A stretch of 64,000 nucleotides of DNA from an uncultured Chloroflexia bacterium (GTDB lineage Bacteria; Chloroflexota; Chloroflexia; Thermomicrobiales; JALYUS01), in assembly GCA_963763655.1 (NCBI GenBank), contig CAVXPY010000036.1, positions 113,320 to 177,319 on the forward strand, read 5' to 3'. Positions 1-10,105 of this stretch are shown here, piece after piece. Under the pieces are notes generated by a model. The model saw nothing but the letters and a program-made list of their open reading frames with translations, was not told where the DNA came from and did no database searches. Numbering within the stretch: position 1 is the stretch's first letter; the number at the start of each line of letters is the position of its first letter. The translations under genes were made by a program, and so were the position numbers.

Positions 1-330
1 CTCGATGCCGGCACGGTTATCACCACCGAACTGCCCGATCCGCTCTGCCACATAGGCCAGATCGGCGCGCGTCACTTCGCCTTCCGTCAGGGTGATCTCG
101 TCCCCCTCATAGCGCGCCTCCGGGCGGCGGCCAAGGTCCAGCACGATTTCGAGGAGGGCATCGCGATTACCGAGCTCCGTCAGCGCCGCCGCGATATGCG
201 GTGGCAGCACCGAGAGTAAATCTTCGAGGTTGTCGGTCACTTCCTGCTCATATAATCGGCGCTGGGACGACGATTGGGGTGCACGCTCAACAGGCTCCGA
301 TGACTCGAACGGCACATAGACATTTTCCAA
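1..330 (-). CDS. Ycf45/SpoIIIAA-like AAA+ ATPase, N-terminal part; runs off the window edge
   Basis: Manual translation gives VTDNLEDLLSVLPPHIAAALTELGNRDALLEIVLDLGRRPEARY...ERIGQFGGDNRAGIE. The EIVLDLGRRPEARY and FGGDNRAGIE motifs are typical of Ycf45. Start is TTG 330 or GTG 240. Confidence 0.8.
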   Translation of the reverse strand, partial: MENVYVPFESSEPVERAPQSSSQRRLYEQEVTDNLEDLLSVLPPHIAAALTELGNRDALLEIVLDLGRRPEARYEGDEITLTEGEVTRADLAYVAERIGQFGGDNRAGIE

Positions 331-457
331 GGTTGCACCTTCTTACCCGCAGGTGGCTGGGGAATCCCGGTACGGCGCGGGCCCGTTCCGGGCATCGAGT
401 TGGGAGACCAGGGGGAGCGCTCCCGCGGACCTACGAGAGATCCCCGTCATACCTGGG

Positions 458-1546
458 TCATGGCGACCGAATGATCCGGTGCCACAACCGGATCGGGGGT
501 ATACAACGTGCCGACAACGACGGCACACGCCCGGCGACGACCTTCCGAAGACCCGGAATGGGAGAAAATGCCGGTACCGCCTCCCGAACCGAGATGGTGG
601 TGTACTTCACGAGCAAGGACTGGCGCATCAAGACCGAAAAGCCAAGCTCTCCGAGGATGCTGCCGAGTTCCTCCTGATGCCCAAGGGTGCGCACATAGAC
701 GAGATCGCCCTCACTCGCAGGCAAGGCCGCGAGCACACGCTGCACGAAGCCGGGTACCTGGTCGAGCGCTTCGGGATGAAAGAGCACGTCGATCACATGG
801 GAATGCTCGCCGCTCAATGTCCGCGCATAGGCGATGACTTCGTGTGCCTCACCGATCCAGTAGCCTGCTTGCGTTGCGCCGCTACGCGGCAAATCCCAGT
901 AGCTACTCGTCCGCGCTTCCGCGAACTGCAGCGCCTTGGGCGTCGTGAGTGTGTAGAGTTGGTGGATTGCCCATGTCTCACCTCCTTGCTGACGCCGAAG
1001 CGTCGGTTGTTCGACCGCCAGTTGCACATCTTTGTGATAGGGCGCGACGTACAGCATTTCCCGGCCATACGCCATGTACCCCGCATCGCGGAGTGCGATC
1101 ATCGCATCGGCATTGTCCGGCACGCGCGCGAACAAGCGCGTCGCGCGGCGACGGCCCGCCGTGCGGGTGACTGCGTCGAGAAGCGCCGACCACATCACAT
1201 TGCGCGTTTCCGCCGAACCGATCCGATCCTTGCGGCCAAACGCGAGATAGACGACATCCCACGTATGACTATCCCGCCGGGGGCACGCCTGCGCGAAGGC
1301 CCGGATCTCACCCTCTTGTACGAGGACCACCGTCCAAACGTTGCCGAGCGACGGAATAATCCCCCGCAGGGCAGTACGCATCGGACGCAGCCCGGCAACG
1401 ATCCCTTCCGGCATATCAAGCCGCGCCGTCTCGCCACGCAAGCTGCGAAGGGTCGGTAAATCCGTCCAGTGGACCGGGCGAATTTGAATAGGGGTGACGC
1501 TGCGGCGAGGGTATCAGTGTGTCCTTACGTTGACGAGTTCTCGTCA
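458..1546 (-). CDS. Hypothetical protein, probable tandem GNAT-like fold; likely 1-nt indel near 1491-1494
   Basis: 327-aa ORF 458..1441. The frame extends upstream as IQIRPVHWTDLPTLRSL, a GNAT-like 'IRP...DL' start. An ATG at 1546 with a GAGG RBS lies in another frame across a G4 run. Confidence 0.55.
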
Positions 1547-1597
1547 TCCGCGCTGTCCTCGGTCGTTTCTTACGGCCCGCACCGCAAGTATACCCGA

Positions 1598-1609
1598 GAA
1601 CAAGCGTTC
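1598..1609. promoter_or_regulatory. Putative LexA (SOS) box GAAC-AAGC-GTTC
   Basis: Exact GAAC-N4-GTTC about 50 nt upstream of the 458..1546 gene. Confidence 0.55.
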
Positions 1610-1670
1610 CGCCTAGGGGTGTACGTACATCTTCATCAAATGTTTACACACGCGTCGACTGCACGGGGTC

Positions 1671-1793
1671 GAAACCGGGGAGAACCACAAAGACGCGAAG
1701 AGCGCGAAGAACGCAAAGAAAAGAGAAGAACATAATCTTTCCCTCTTTGCGCTCTTTGTGTCCTTTGCGTCTTTATGGTTCTCCCCGGTTTCG
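1671..1793. repeat. Family B inverted repeat (AACC(G/A)CA(A/G)AG-ACGCA(A/G)AG type)
   Basis: gaaaccggggagaaccacaaagacgcgaag...ctttgcgtctttatggttctccccggtttc; related copies at 4459, 20732, 24425, 28989 and 62387. Confidence 0.85.
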
Positions 1794-1804
1794 ACCCTCG
1801 GTTG

Positions 1805-2416
1805 TTAGGCAGCCGTGGATGTGGCGTGCGCCGCGAGGCGCGGGGTGACGAAGTCGGCCACGAAGTAGCGATGCAGCCGATCATCGGCGGTCAGTTCGGG
1901 GTGAAATGAGGTCGCGAGCAGGTTGCCCTCCCGCGCCGCGACGATCCGGCCGTCGGGCAACTGTGCGAGGATTTCCGCAGCGCCATGAACCGCATGAATG
2001 AGCGGCGCGCGAATGAAGATGGCATGAAACGGCTCATCGCCAATCGCGGCGATACGCAGATCGGTCTCGAACGAGTCCAGTTGCCGCCCGAAGGCGTTGC
2101 GCTCGACGACGATGTCCATCACCCCGATCAGGGGCTGGCGAAGACCGCCGATGTCCTTGGCAAGCAGGATCATCCCCGCGCAGGTGCCCCAGATCGGGAA
2201 GCCGTCACGTGCCCGCGCGCGCAGCGGTTCATCGAGACCGTACTGAACCATGAGCTTGCCAATGGTCGTGCTCTCGCCACCGGGCATGATGAGGCCATCG
2301 AGGCCCTCCAGATCGCGCGGCAGCCGCACCTCGCGCGCCTCGACCTCAAGCCGGTGCAGCGCGTGTACATGCTCGATAAATGCGCCCTGCAAGGCAAGCA
2401 CGCCGATCGTCGTCAT
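1805..2416 (-). CDS. pdxT: Pyridoxal 5'-phosphate synthase glutaminase subunit
   Basis: GVLALQGAF, PGGESTT, GTCAGMILL, RNAFGRQ and SFHPEL motifs; adjacent to pdxS. Confidence 0.97.
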   Translation of the reverse strand: MTTIGVLALQGAFIEHVHALHRLEVEAREVRLPRDLEGLDGLIMPGGESTTIGKLMVQYGLDEPLRARARDGFPIWGTCAGMILLAKDIGGLRQPLIGVMDIVVERNAFGRQLDSFETDLRIAAIGDEPFHAIFIRAPLIHAVHGAAEILAQLPDGRIVAAREGNLLATSFHPELTADDRLHRYFVADFVTPRLAAHATSTAA

Positions 2417-2429
2417 GGCAAATCTCCTA

Positions 2430-2530
2430 CCTAACCCCCCGGCCCCCTTCCCTAAAAGGAAGGGGGAGAAATGCGGGGAGATGCCGAGATCAAGTTCCCC
2501 TTCCCTTTAGGGAGGGGGTCAGGGGGTAGG
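2430..2530. repeat. Family A REP-like palindromic doublet (CCTAACCCCCCGGCCCCCTTCCC...GGGAAGGGGG)
   Basis: Two inverted units, each with an internal hairpin; close to the reverse complement of 19647-19771. Confidence 0.9.
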
Positions 2531-2535
2531 CGGTC

Positions 2536-3465
2536 CTACCAGCCCCGCGAGGCCATGAGCGCCTCTTTCGGCAGCTTGCCGATTTCGAGGCCGCTCATCG
2601 GCTCGCCGAGGCCGCGCGAGACGTCCGCGATAATCTGCGCATCGCGGAAGTGCGTGACTGCCTCGACGATCGCCTTACCGCGCCGCGCCGGGTCGCCACT
2701 CTTGAAGATACCGGAGCCCACGAAGACGCCCTCCGCGCCGAGTTGCATCACGAGTGCGGCATCGGCGGGCGTCGCGACGCCACCGGCACAGAAAAGCACG
2801 ACAGGCAGTTTGCCGGTCTTCGCGACTTCACGCACCAGTTCGTACGGCGCGCCAAGTTCCTTCGCGATGGACATCTGCTCCTCAACCGGCGCGACGGTCA
2901 GACGGCGGATGCTGTCGGTGATCGTGCGCAGATGGCGGACCGCCTCGACAATGTTCCCCGTGCCCGGCTCCCCCTTCGAGCGGATCATCGCGGCACCCTC
3001 ACCGATCCGGCGTAGCGCCTCCCCGAGATCGCGCGAGCCGCAGACGAACGGGACATTGAAGCCGTGCTTCTCGATATGATACTGCTCGTCCGCAGGCGTC
3101 AGCACTTCGCTCTCGTCGATGTAATCGACACCGAGCGCTTCGAGTATTTGCGCCTCCACGAAGTGACCGATCCGTGCCTTCGCCATCACCGGGATCGAGA
3201 CCGCTTCCATGATTCCCCGGATCAGATCGGGGTCACTCATCCGTGCGACGCCACCCTGCGCGCGGATGTCGGCGGGGACACGTTCCAGTGCCATCACCGC
3301 GCACGCGCCTGCTTCCTCAGCGATCTTCGCCTGGTCGGGCGTGACGACATCCATAATGACGCCGCCCTTAAGCATCTGTGCGAGACCCGCCTTCGTCGCC
3401 CAGGTCGATTTCGCAACACCGTTCTGCTGCCCGTTTGTGCCGGTGTGACCGTTCGTACTTGTCAT
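2536..3465 (-). CDS. pdxS: Pyridoxal 5'-phosphate synthase lyase subunit
   Basis: [39 protein letters not shown] and [11 protein letters not shown] motifs; ATG 3465 preceded by a GGGGAG RBS. Confidence 0.97.
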   Translation of the reverse strand: MTSTNGHTGTNGQQNGVAKSTWATKAGLAQMLKGGVIMDVVTPDQAKIAEEAGACAVMALERVPADIRAQGGVARMSDPDLIRGIMEAVSIPVMAKARIGHFVEAQILEALGVDYIDESEVLTPADEQYHIEKHGFNVPFVCGSRDLGEALRRIGEGAAMIRSKGEPGTGNIVEAVRHLRTITDSIRRLTVAPVEEQMSIAKELGAPYELVREVAKTGKLPVVLFCAGGVATPADAALVMQLGAEGVFVGSGIFKSGDPARRGKAIVEAVTHFRDAQIIADVSRGLGEPMSGLEIGKLPKEALMASRGW

Positions 3466-3607
3466 GGTGCTGACTCCCCTTCCGTCTGCTGGATGATTCT
3501 CCGCACATCGCGTGGGATGATTGTACTGCATCACACCCAGCAATTACAATACTTTTCGCAGTATTGCTCATATTGTATCTATTGTGACTGCCGCGTAAGG
3601 GATGCTG

Positions 3608-3744
3608 GCCCCCACCCCCGGCCCCTCCCCCGCAAGCGATGGAGGGGTGTCTCACTGCGACATCCGTGGCGATGATTCACCGTGACCGCTCCCCATCAAG
3701 CCCCCTCTCAGCCGCACGGCGGGGGAGGGGCCGGGGGTGGGGGC
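3608..3744. repeat. Family A REP-like palindromic doublet
   Basis: gcccccacccccggcccctccccc...gggggaggggccgggggtgggggc. Confidence 0.85.
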
Positions 3745-3785
3745 GCATTGAGCCCTAAACCCTAAAGATTGTCGGTTTAGTTATT

Positions 3786-4397
3786 TCAGAGTTCGCGGCG
3801 ACCGGTTAGCGCGCGGCCCAGGGTGACTTGATCGGCATATTCGAGGTCACCACCGACCGGGAGGCCGCTGGCCGGGCGCGTGACGCGGATACCGAGCGGG
3901 TTGATCGCGCGGAAGAGATACATCGTCGTCGCTTCGCCGTTCGTGTTCGGGTTCATGGCGAGGATCACTTCGTTGACTTCGGGCCGTTGCAGGCGCACGA
4001 AGAGTTCGCGAATGCGCAATTGATCCGGCCCGATGCCCTCGATCGGGTTAATCGCGCCATGCAGGACATGATAGAGGCCCCGATACTCGCCGGTTCGCTC
4101 CAGGGCGACGAGATCGAGCGGTTCTTCGACGACGCAGATGATCGCGCGGTCGCGGCCCGGATCGGTGCAGAAGTCGCAGGGATCGTGCTCGGTCAGGTTG
4201 TAGCACTCGGAGCAGAAGCGCACCTTCTCCTTCACCTCAAGCACCGCCTCCGCGAGCGCAACGGCCTGCTGCTTCGGCGCACGCAGCAAATGATAGGCGA
4301 GCCGCGACGCGGATTTCGGCCCGATGCCCGGCAACCGCCCCAGCTCTTCGATCAGTCGTGTGACAGGCTCGGCAATCGAGCGCGGGCGGCTACTCAC
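3786..4397 (-). CDS. recR: Recombination protein RecR
   Basis: LPGIGPKSA HhH motif, C4 zinc finger, TOPRIM ICVVEEP, YHVLHG and [12 protein letters not shown]; GTG start at 4397. Confidence 0.97.
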   Translation of the reverse strand: MSSRPRSIAEPVTRLIEELGRLPGIGPKSASRLAYHLLRAPKQQAVALAEAVLEVKEKVRFCSECYNLTEHDPCDFCTDPGRDRAIICVVEEPLDLVALERTGEYRGLYHVLHGAINPIEGIGPDQLRIRELFVRLQRPEVNEVILAMNPNTNGEATTMYLFRAINPLGIRVTRPASGLPVGGDLEYADQVTLGRALTGRREL

Positions 4398-4427
4398 AAT
4401 CCTCTTCCTTCCGGGACCACCGCGTAC

Positions 4428-4450
4428 GGACACCTGTTCGCAGTATACCA
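4428..4450 (-). promoter_or_regulatory. recR extended -10 (TG-G-TATACT) with an adjacent imperfect LexA box GAAC-AGGT-GTCC
   Basis: Minus strand reads tggtatactgcgaacaggtgtcc. Confidence 0.55.
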
Positions 4451-4458
4451 AAAGATTG

Positions 4459-4622
4459 CACCGCAGAGGACGCAGAGATACGAGAGATTGAACCGCGAAT
4501 ACTGCCCAGAGGGCGCCCGGAAGGACACGAAGAGGGGGAGAGAAATGAGAAAGAATTCTTCTTTTCTTCTCCTGCCTTCGCGCCCTTCCGGGCGCCCTCT
4601 GGGCAGTATTCGTGGTTCAATT
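4459..4622. repeat. Family B half-element plus a long (about 45 bp) inverted repeat
   Basis: ttgaaccgcgaatactgcccagagggcgcccggaagg... / ...ccttccgggcgccctctgggcagtattcgtggttcaa. Confidence 0.85.
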
Positions 4623-4720
4623 CCCCGTCGAGAATTGACGCAGGTGGTTGGCTCTGTCATGCTTTGGGGATGAGGGAGCGGCGCGTTGCCGCACAGCGGT
4701 TGGGAAGGAGCACGAAGGCA

Positions 4721-5479
4721 ATGCAAAGCGCGCGACCGATCATTGGCATTACTCCATCACCGGTCCACGAAACGCACCCCGCGTTCGGCACGGTGACGAT
4801 GCATCGGATGACGAACACCTACACGAGCGCGGTCGAGACGGCGGGCGGTATTCCCATCGTGCTCCCGGCGACGGACCCGACAGCGGCGGCACAAGTCGTC
4901 GCGCGCCTCGATGCGCTCCTGCTCAGTGGTGGCGGCGATATCCGCCCCTCCCGCTACGGCGACACTGGCCCGCAGCACGAGAAGACCTACGGCATCGACG
5001 ACGCCCGAGACGAGTGGGAAGAGGCGCTCCTGGCGGCGGCCTTCGCCATCGACTTGCCGGTTCTCTGCATCTGCCGGGGCATCCAAGTGCTCAATGTCTT
5101 CTGTGGCGGCACGCTCTGGCAGGATATCCCAACGCAGATGCCGGGCGCATCATCGCACAGGCAGCCCGAAGGTGGATCGCACCTGACCGCACACGAAGTC
5201 GCGGCAACCGGCCTCCTCGCGGATGTCTACGGCGCATCAACGATTGGCACGAACTCCTTCCACCATCAGGGTATCAAGGACCTCGGTGCAGGACTCATCG
5301 CCTGCGGTCAAACGTCGGATGGCCTCGTGGAAGCCGCCTCGATGCCCGCGCATTCGTTCGTGCTCGCGATGCAGTGGCACCCGGAAGCGATGTTCGCGGA
5401 GCGCCCCGCGCATGAAGCGCCCTTCCGCGCCCTCATCGGTGCCGCCGTCCGCCGCGGTGCGCTCTCCGTCGCTGACTGA
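4721..5479 (+). CDS. Gamma-glutamyl-gamma-aminobutyrate hydrolase family (peptidase C26, PuuD-like)
   Basis: RPIIGIT, LLLSGGGDI, CICRGIQVLNV, NSFHHQG and QWHPE motifs. Confidence 0.9.
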   Translation: MQSARPIIGITPSPVHETHPAFGTVTMHRMTNTYTSAVETAGGIPIVLPATDPTAAAQVVARLDALLLSGGGDIRPSRYGDTGPQHEKTYGIDDARDEWEEALLAAAFAIDLPVLCICRGIQVLNVFCGGTLWQDIPTQMPGASSHRQPEGGSHLTAHEVAATGLLADVYGASTIGTNSFHHQGIKDLGAGLIACGQTSDGLVEAASMPAHSFVLAMQWHPEAMFAERPAHEAPFRALIGAAVRRGALSVAD

Positions 5480-5512
5480 CAAGATATCGCAGCGATGGGG
5501 AAGCCTGGGATG

Positions 5513-6289
5513 CTATTCATCCCAGGCTTCCCCCATTAAAGCGCGAAAGAGGTTGTCGAGCGGGGCATGGTCTGATACGGCCCCCTCTTTTGGCAGTTCT
5601 TGGGCAAGTGCTTTATATTGCCCGATACCTTCCTCGACGAAGGCATGAATGAACGGGATACGAGGCTCCAACGCCAATTCATCACCGGCGAGCTTGCGCC
5701 GAAGCAAGTCCCGAATCGCTCTCGTCAGGTCACTCTCTTCTGGAAGCTGCTGCATAAGCGTCTCAAAATCAAGCGGTGGGAATGTCCCATGCGCCACCAA
5801 CCAGCGACATGCGAGCACGGGTCGGAGTACGTAGAAGTACTTCTTCACGGGCACATTCTCACCTTGCATGTACCGACTGAACTGCCCTTCGGCAAGACTG
5901 ATGTAATGGTACATGCTGGATCGAAGCGTGACATAGCGGGGTTCGAGCGTGCGAAATCGCTCACCTGTGTTGAGACGTTCGAAATAGTGCGTCGATGAAT
6001 GCAACCACTCAAGAATCGACGGATTCGATTTCTGAAATAGCTGGAGCGCCTTGCGGAGATCCCAGCCGCTGATGTCGAGATCGTCGGCAATCGGCTTCTC
6101 GATCACATCCCGCCCGGTAATAATTGACAGGTAGAATGTCGCGGGGCGGACATAGATGAAGCGCACATCGTAGTCGCTATCCCGCGAGGGAAAACCCCAT
6201 GCCCGACTACCGGACTCCACCGCATAGAGTACACGGACATTCTCTTCCGCCTCGATCCCCTTCAATTCGCTCAAGATACGCTCGTGCAT
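5513..6289 (-). CDS. Pol-beta superfamily nucleotidyltransferase (COG3541/YcgL-like)
   Basis: AVESGSRAWGFPSRDSDYDVRFIY, GWDLRKAL, KSNP, KKYFYVLRP motifs. Confidence 0.9.
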   Translation of the reverse strand: MHERILSELKGIEAEENVRVLYAVESGSRAWGFPSRDSDYDVRFIYVRPATFYLSIITGRDVIEKPIADDLDISGWDLRKALQLFQKSNPSILEWLHSSTHYFERLNTGERFRTLEPRYVTLRSSMYHYISLAEGQFSRYMQGENVPVKKYFYVLRPVLACRWLVAHGTFPPLDFETLMQQLPEESDLTRAIRDLLRRKLAGDELALEPRIPFIHAFVEEGIGQYKALAQELPKEGAVSDHAPLDNLFRALMGEAWDE

Positions 6290-6341
6290 CGCCGTTTCCT
6301 TCTGCACTCGTGCTGTAGAGGGTTGGCAGTATAACTATACA

Positions 6342-6377
6342 CAAAAGGACCGGACGGAGTTTCCTCCGCCCGGTCCT
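6342..6377 (-). terminator. Intrinsic terminator downstream of lon
   Basis: Hairpin aggaccggacggag-tttc-ctccgcccggtcct followed by a short T run on the minus strand. Confidence 0.65.
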
Positions 6378-6397
6378 GATCTGTCTCGTAAATGATG

Positions 6398-9028
6398 CTA
6401 TGCGACGACGGCGATTTCCGGCTGCCGGGCCGCGATGGCGGGCTCGACCTTATCCAGTTTTTCCGTCACCAACGGCAGGTCCGGGATCGGGCGTTCGAGC
6501 GCGACCCGGAGTACCTCGTCGATGTGCTCCGCGAGGATGAAGTGCATCGCCTTGTGCGCGTCCTTCGGCAAATCATCCAGGTCACCCTCGTTGCGCTTCG
6601 GCAGGATGACGGTTGTCAGCCCCGCCCGCCGCGCCGCGAGCACCTTGTCCTTGACGCCGCCGATTGGCAGCACCTGACCGCGCAGCGTGATCTCGCCCGT
6701 CATCGCGAGGTCATCCCGCACCGGAATGCCGGTGAGAAGTGAGGTAATCGCGGTCGTCAGGGTGATACCGGCCGATGGCCCGTCCTTCGGCACCGCGCCC
6801 GCCGGGACATGGACGTGGATGTCGCTTTCCGCGAAGACCTTCGGGTCGATGCCGAGCGCCACCGCCCGTGCCCGGACGTAGCTCATCGCCGCCTGCACGG
6901 ACTCCTTCATCACATCGCCGAGTTGACCCGTCACCATCAGGTTGCCCTTGCCCGGCATCTTCGTCGCCTCGAAGAACATAATGTCGCCACCGACCGCTGT
7001 GACCGCGAGACCCGTCGCGACGCCCGGCATCTTCGTCCGCTCGCGGATTTCCTCGCGCTGGAAGCGGGGCCGCCCGAGATAGTGGCGTACCTGCTTCGGG
7101 TTGATGACCTTCTTCGTTCCCCGCTTCGTGCCCCCCGCCACCTCGGTCGCCACCTTGCGGGCAATCGCCCCAAGTTCACGTTCGAGGTTGCGCACGCCCG
7201 CCTCGCGAGTGTACCCCGCGATGACGGTGCCAATCGCCGCGTCCGTCAAGGAAATCTCGTCCGCCCGCAACCCGTTCGATGCGATCTGCTTCGGCAGGAG
7301 GTGGCGCTTGGCGATATGCACCTTGTCTTCCTCGCTGTAGCCCGCCAGTTCGATGATCTCCATCCGGTCCCGCAAGGGCGCGGGGATCGTATCCAGCACA
7401 TTCGCGGTCGCGATGAAGAGCACCTTCGAGAGATCGAACTCAACATCGAGGTAATGATCGCGGAACGTGCTGTTCTGCTCCGGGTCGAGCACTTCAAGGA
7501 GGGCCGAGGAGGGATCGCCGCGCCAATCCGAGCCGATCTTGTCCACCTCATCGAGGATGAAGACGGGATCGTTCGCCCCCGCGCGCCGGATCGACTGGAG
7601 GATGCGGCCCGGCATCGCGCCGATGTAGGTGCGCCGGTGGCCGCGAATCTCCGCCTCGTCGCGCATCCCGCCCAGCGCCATGCGCGTGAACTTCCGCCCC
7701 AGCGCCGTGGCGATGCTCTGGCCGAGCGAGGTCTTGCCGACACCGGGAGGGCCGACGAAGAGCAGGATCGGATCGCGGTTCGGCTGCTTCTCGCCCTCGA
7801 CGGCGCGATCCTGCTTCAACTTGCGTACCGCGAGATACTCCAAAATGCGCTGCTTGACCTTCTCCAGGTCGTAGTGATCGTCGTTCAGTTGCTTGCGTGC
7901 CCGCGCGATGTCGATCGGCTCTTCGGTAGAGACGTTCCAGGGCAGGCTGACCATCCAGTCCAGATAGGTCTTGATGATGCCGTATTCCGCTGCCTGCGGG
8001 GGAAGTTTCGCCAGGCGATCGAGCTCCCGGTCCGCTTCCTTGCGCGCATCCACCGGCATCCCGGACGCTTCGAGCTTCTCGCGGATCATCGTGATTTCCG
8101 CTTCCTGGTCGCTCGCCTCGCCCAGTTCCTTCTGAATCGCCTTCATCTGCTCGCGCAGGAAGTACTCGCGCTGGCTCTTGCCAACCTCGTCCTGCACCTG
8201 CTCCTGCAACTTCTTGCCGAGTTCGAGGACTTCAAGCTCCTTCGAGATGAAGCCGTTCAGCCAGCGAAACTTCGCGGAGATATCGTCGATTTCGAGGAGT
8301 TCCTGCCGCTGCTCGACATCCATGCGGAGCGTGCCCGCGACGAGATAGAGCAACTGGCGCGGGTCATCGAGGTTGACCGCAACGGTCACGAGATCGTCAT
8401 TGAGATACGGCACGAGTTCGACCAGTTGGCCGAAGAGTTTGACGGTGTTGCGCATGAAGGCTTGCAATTCCAATCCCTCGACAACCGTCTCCGGGATGCG
8501 CTCGACCTTCGCGAGCAGATAGGGCTCTTCCTGTGTGTAGGCACCGATCCGCACGCGCTCCATACCCTGCACGCCGAGGCGCACATTGCCGTCCGGCATC
8601 CGCAGCATCTGCTGGATCGCACCGAGGGTGCCGATCTCGTAGAGGTCCTTCGGGCCTGCGCCCTCGACTTCCTTATCCTTCTGCGCGACGAAAACGACGC
8701 GCCGGTCGCCATTGACGACCGCATCGATCAGCCGCAGCGAGCGCGCCTGTGACGCCTCAAGAGGCAGCCCCGTCATGGGAAAGAGCACCGCGTTCCTGAG
8801 CGGCAAGATCGGGAGCGACTCCGGGATGGTCGCTTCGTCCGGAGGGGTGGTGCCGATCTCGATGCGCTCCTTGCGCGAGCGACGCTTGATCGCTATCGGC
8901 GCGGGCGCTTCAGTTTCCGCCGCTTCCGCCGTCGTTGTCACGGTCGTTGCCGCAACTGTGGGCGTCTCCAATTCTGTCTGTTCGCTTTCGATTGGCTTCA
9001 CGTCGATTGGCTTCTTCTTGCCCGCCAT
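6398..9028 (-). CDS. lon: Endopeptidase La (Lon)
   Basis: LON N-domain LPILPLRN, Walker [21 protein letters not shown] and protease PKDGPSAG motifs. Confidence 0.98.
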   Translation of the reverse strand: MAGKKKPIDVKPIESEQTELETPTVAATTVTTTAEAAETEAPAPIAIKRRSRKERIEIGTTPPDEATIPESLPILPLRNAVLFPMTGLPLEASQARSLRLIDAVVNGDRRVVFVAQKDKEVEGAGPKDLYEIGTLGAIQQMLRMPDGNVRLGVQGMERVRIGAYTQEEPYLLAKVERIPETVVEGLELQAFMRNTVKLFGQLVELVPYLNDDLVTVAVNLDDPRQLLYLVAGTLRMDVEQRQELLEIDDISAKFRWLNGFISKELEVLELGKKLQEQVQDEVGKSQREYFLREQMKAIQKELGEASDQEAEITMIREKLEASGMPVDARKEADRELDRLAKLPPQAAEYGIIKTYLDWMVSLPWNVSTEEPIDIARARKQLNDDHYDLEKVKQRILEYLAVRKLKQDRAVEGEKQPNRDPILLFVGPPGVGKTSLGQSIATALGRKFTRMALGGMRDEAEIRGHRRTYIGAMPGRILQSIRRAGANDPVFILDEVDKIGSDWRGDPSSALLEVLDPEQNSTFRDHYLDVEFDLSKVLFIATANVLDTIPAPLRDRMEIIELAGYSEEDKVHIAKRHLLPKQIASNGLRADEISLTDAAIGTVIAGYTREAGVRNLERELGAIARKVATEVAGGTKRGTKKVINPKQVRHYLGRPRFQREEIRERTKMPGVATGLAVTAVGGDIMFFEATKMPGKGNLMVTGQLGDVMKESVQAAMSYVRARAVALGIDPKVFAESDIHVHVPAGAVPKDGPSAGITLTTAITSLLTGIPVRDDLAMTGEITLRGQVLPIGGVKDKVLAARRAGLTTVILPKRNEGDLDDLPKDAHKAMHFILAEHIDEVLRVALERPIPDLPLVTEKLDKVEPAIAARQPEIAVVA

Positions 9029-9507
9029 TATTCACTATCCTTTCCCATATCACCGGGACTTGCCTCATCATCCGGCGCACCAACGGCTACCGTCGCCGTG
9101 GCCCGCGTTGCCTGGATACGCACGCGTTGCGCCCGTGGGAGGACGATCGTCAGTAAACCATGTTCGTAATTTGCTTCCACGCCATCCCGCATCACGGGAA
9201 ACGGCACCATGACCTGCGCACGAAACGGGCCATACGAAATGCCCATCTCGTGATACGAGCGTTGCTCCGGCGCGTCCGCCGCACTCCGCGATGTCGGCGC
9301 ACGTTGCCCTTGGATCACCAGGGTGTTGCCATCGAGCGCGACCCGCAGATGCTGCTCATCGATCCCGGCCAGTTCCGCACGGACGACAAACGCTGCCTCA
9401 GTCTCGTAGACCTCAAGCGCGGGTCGCCAGGCATCCGTATGCCCGGTCATCCGCAAACTGAACGAAATCCCGTATGCCGCATGGATATCGCGATTGCGCT
9501 GCGACAC
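9028..9507 (-). CDS. Small heat-shock protein (Hsp20/alpha-crystallin)
   Basis: WRPALEVYET, AELAGI and ANYEHGLLTIVLP motifs; TAATG overlap with lon. Confidence 0.92.
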   Translation of the reverse strand: MSQRNRDIHAAYGISFSLRMTGHTDAWRPALEVYETEAAFVVRAELAGIDEQHLRVALDGNTLVIQGQRAPTSRSAADAPEQRSYHEMGISYGPFRAQVMVPFPVMRDGVEANYEHGLLTIVLPRAQRVRIQATRATATVAVGAPDDEASPGDMGKDSE

Positions 9508-9614
9508 CTTACACCCCCCGCGTTCCTGTGTGTGCGATCATATTTCTCTCCATCATCGCCCCTACATTGGACGGTCAGCATTAACAACAGCACGGAGAGC
9601 ATTTTGTTCCAGAT

Positions 9615-9641
9615 TTAGCACTCTCATGCCACGAGTGCTAA
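9615..9641. promoter_or_regulatory. CIRCE element (HrcA operator)
   Basis: Perfect TTAGCACTC-tcatgccac-GAGTGCTAA upstream of hsp20-lon. Confidence 0.95.
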
Positions 9642-10105
9642 GGAGTTCCGCGTAGTGTACTCCGGTACGCCCGGTTTGGCAACGGGTTGTCTCTTTCAAG
9701 ACCTTATGGCGATATTCTTCAGGGATATTTGTCGCATATCTACCTTCCCTACTGACCACGAACGTCTGCTCGAAGTGGGGAGGGACTGACACGTATGGAA
9801 GATGGAGGTGTAGTTCAGCAAATTCGGAGAATTCTTCCTAAAAACATAGGGATTTCCCTGTTGCCCTATGCCACCGATTCCCTGCATAGTGGCGATAGAG
9901 GTTCGGCAAGATCGAGGACCAGCGAACGGCAACCGCGTGCGCCCGCAATGCAGATACGCAGAGCTAGGTCCGGATAGGCGGCTTATCCGTCCTCTTTGGC
10001 GCGACGTTTGTCCTCAAGGACAAGGTCAGCCCGCGGGTTCCATCACAAAGGAACCTGGCCTTTGAAAGGTCGAACAGGGCGACGTCGTTCAGTGGTGGGG
10101 CATGG

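Noticed and set aside
6809-8752. Long antisense ORFs (also 15380-17461, 20554-22155, 43987-45672)
   Set aside because: Shadow frames of GC-rich genes on the opposite strand, with no recognisable motifs.
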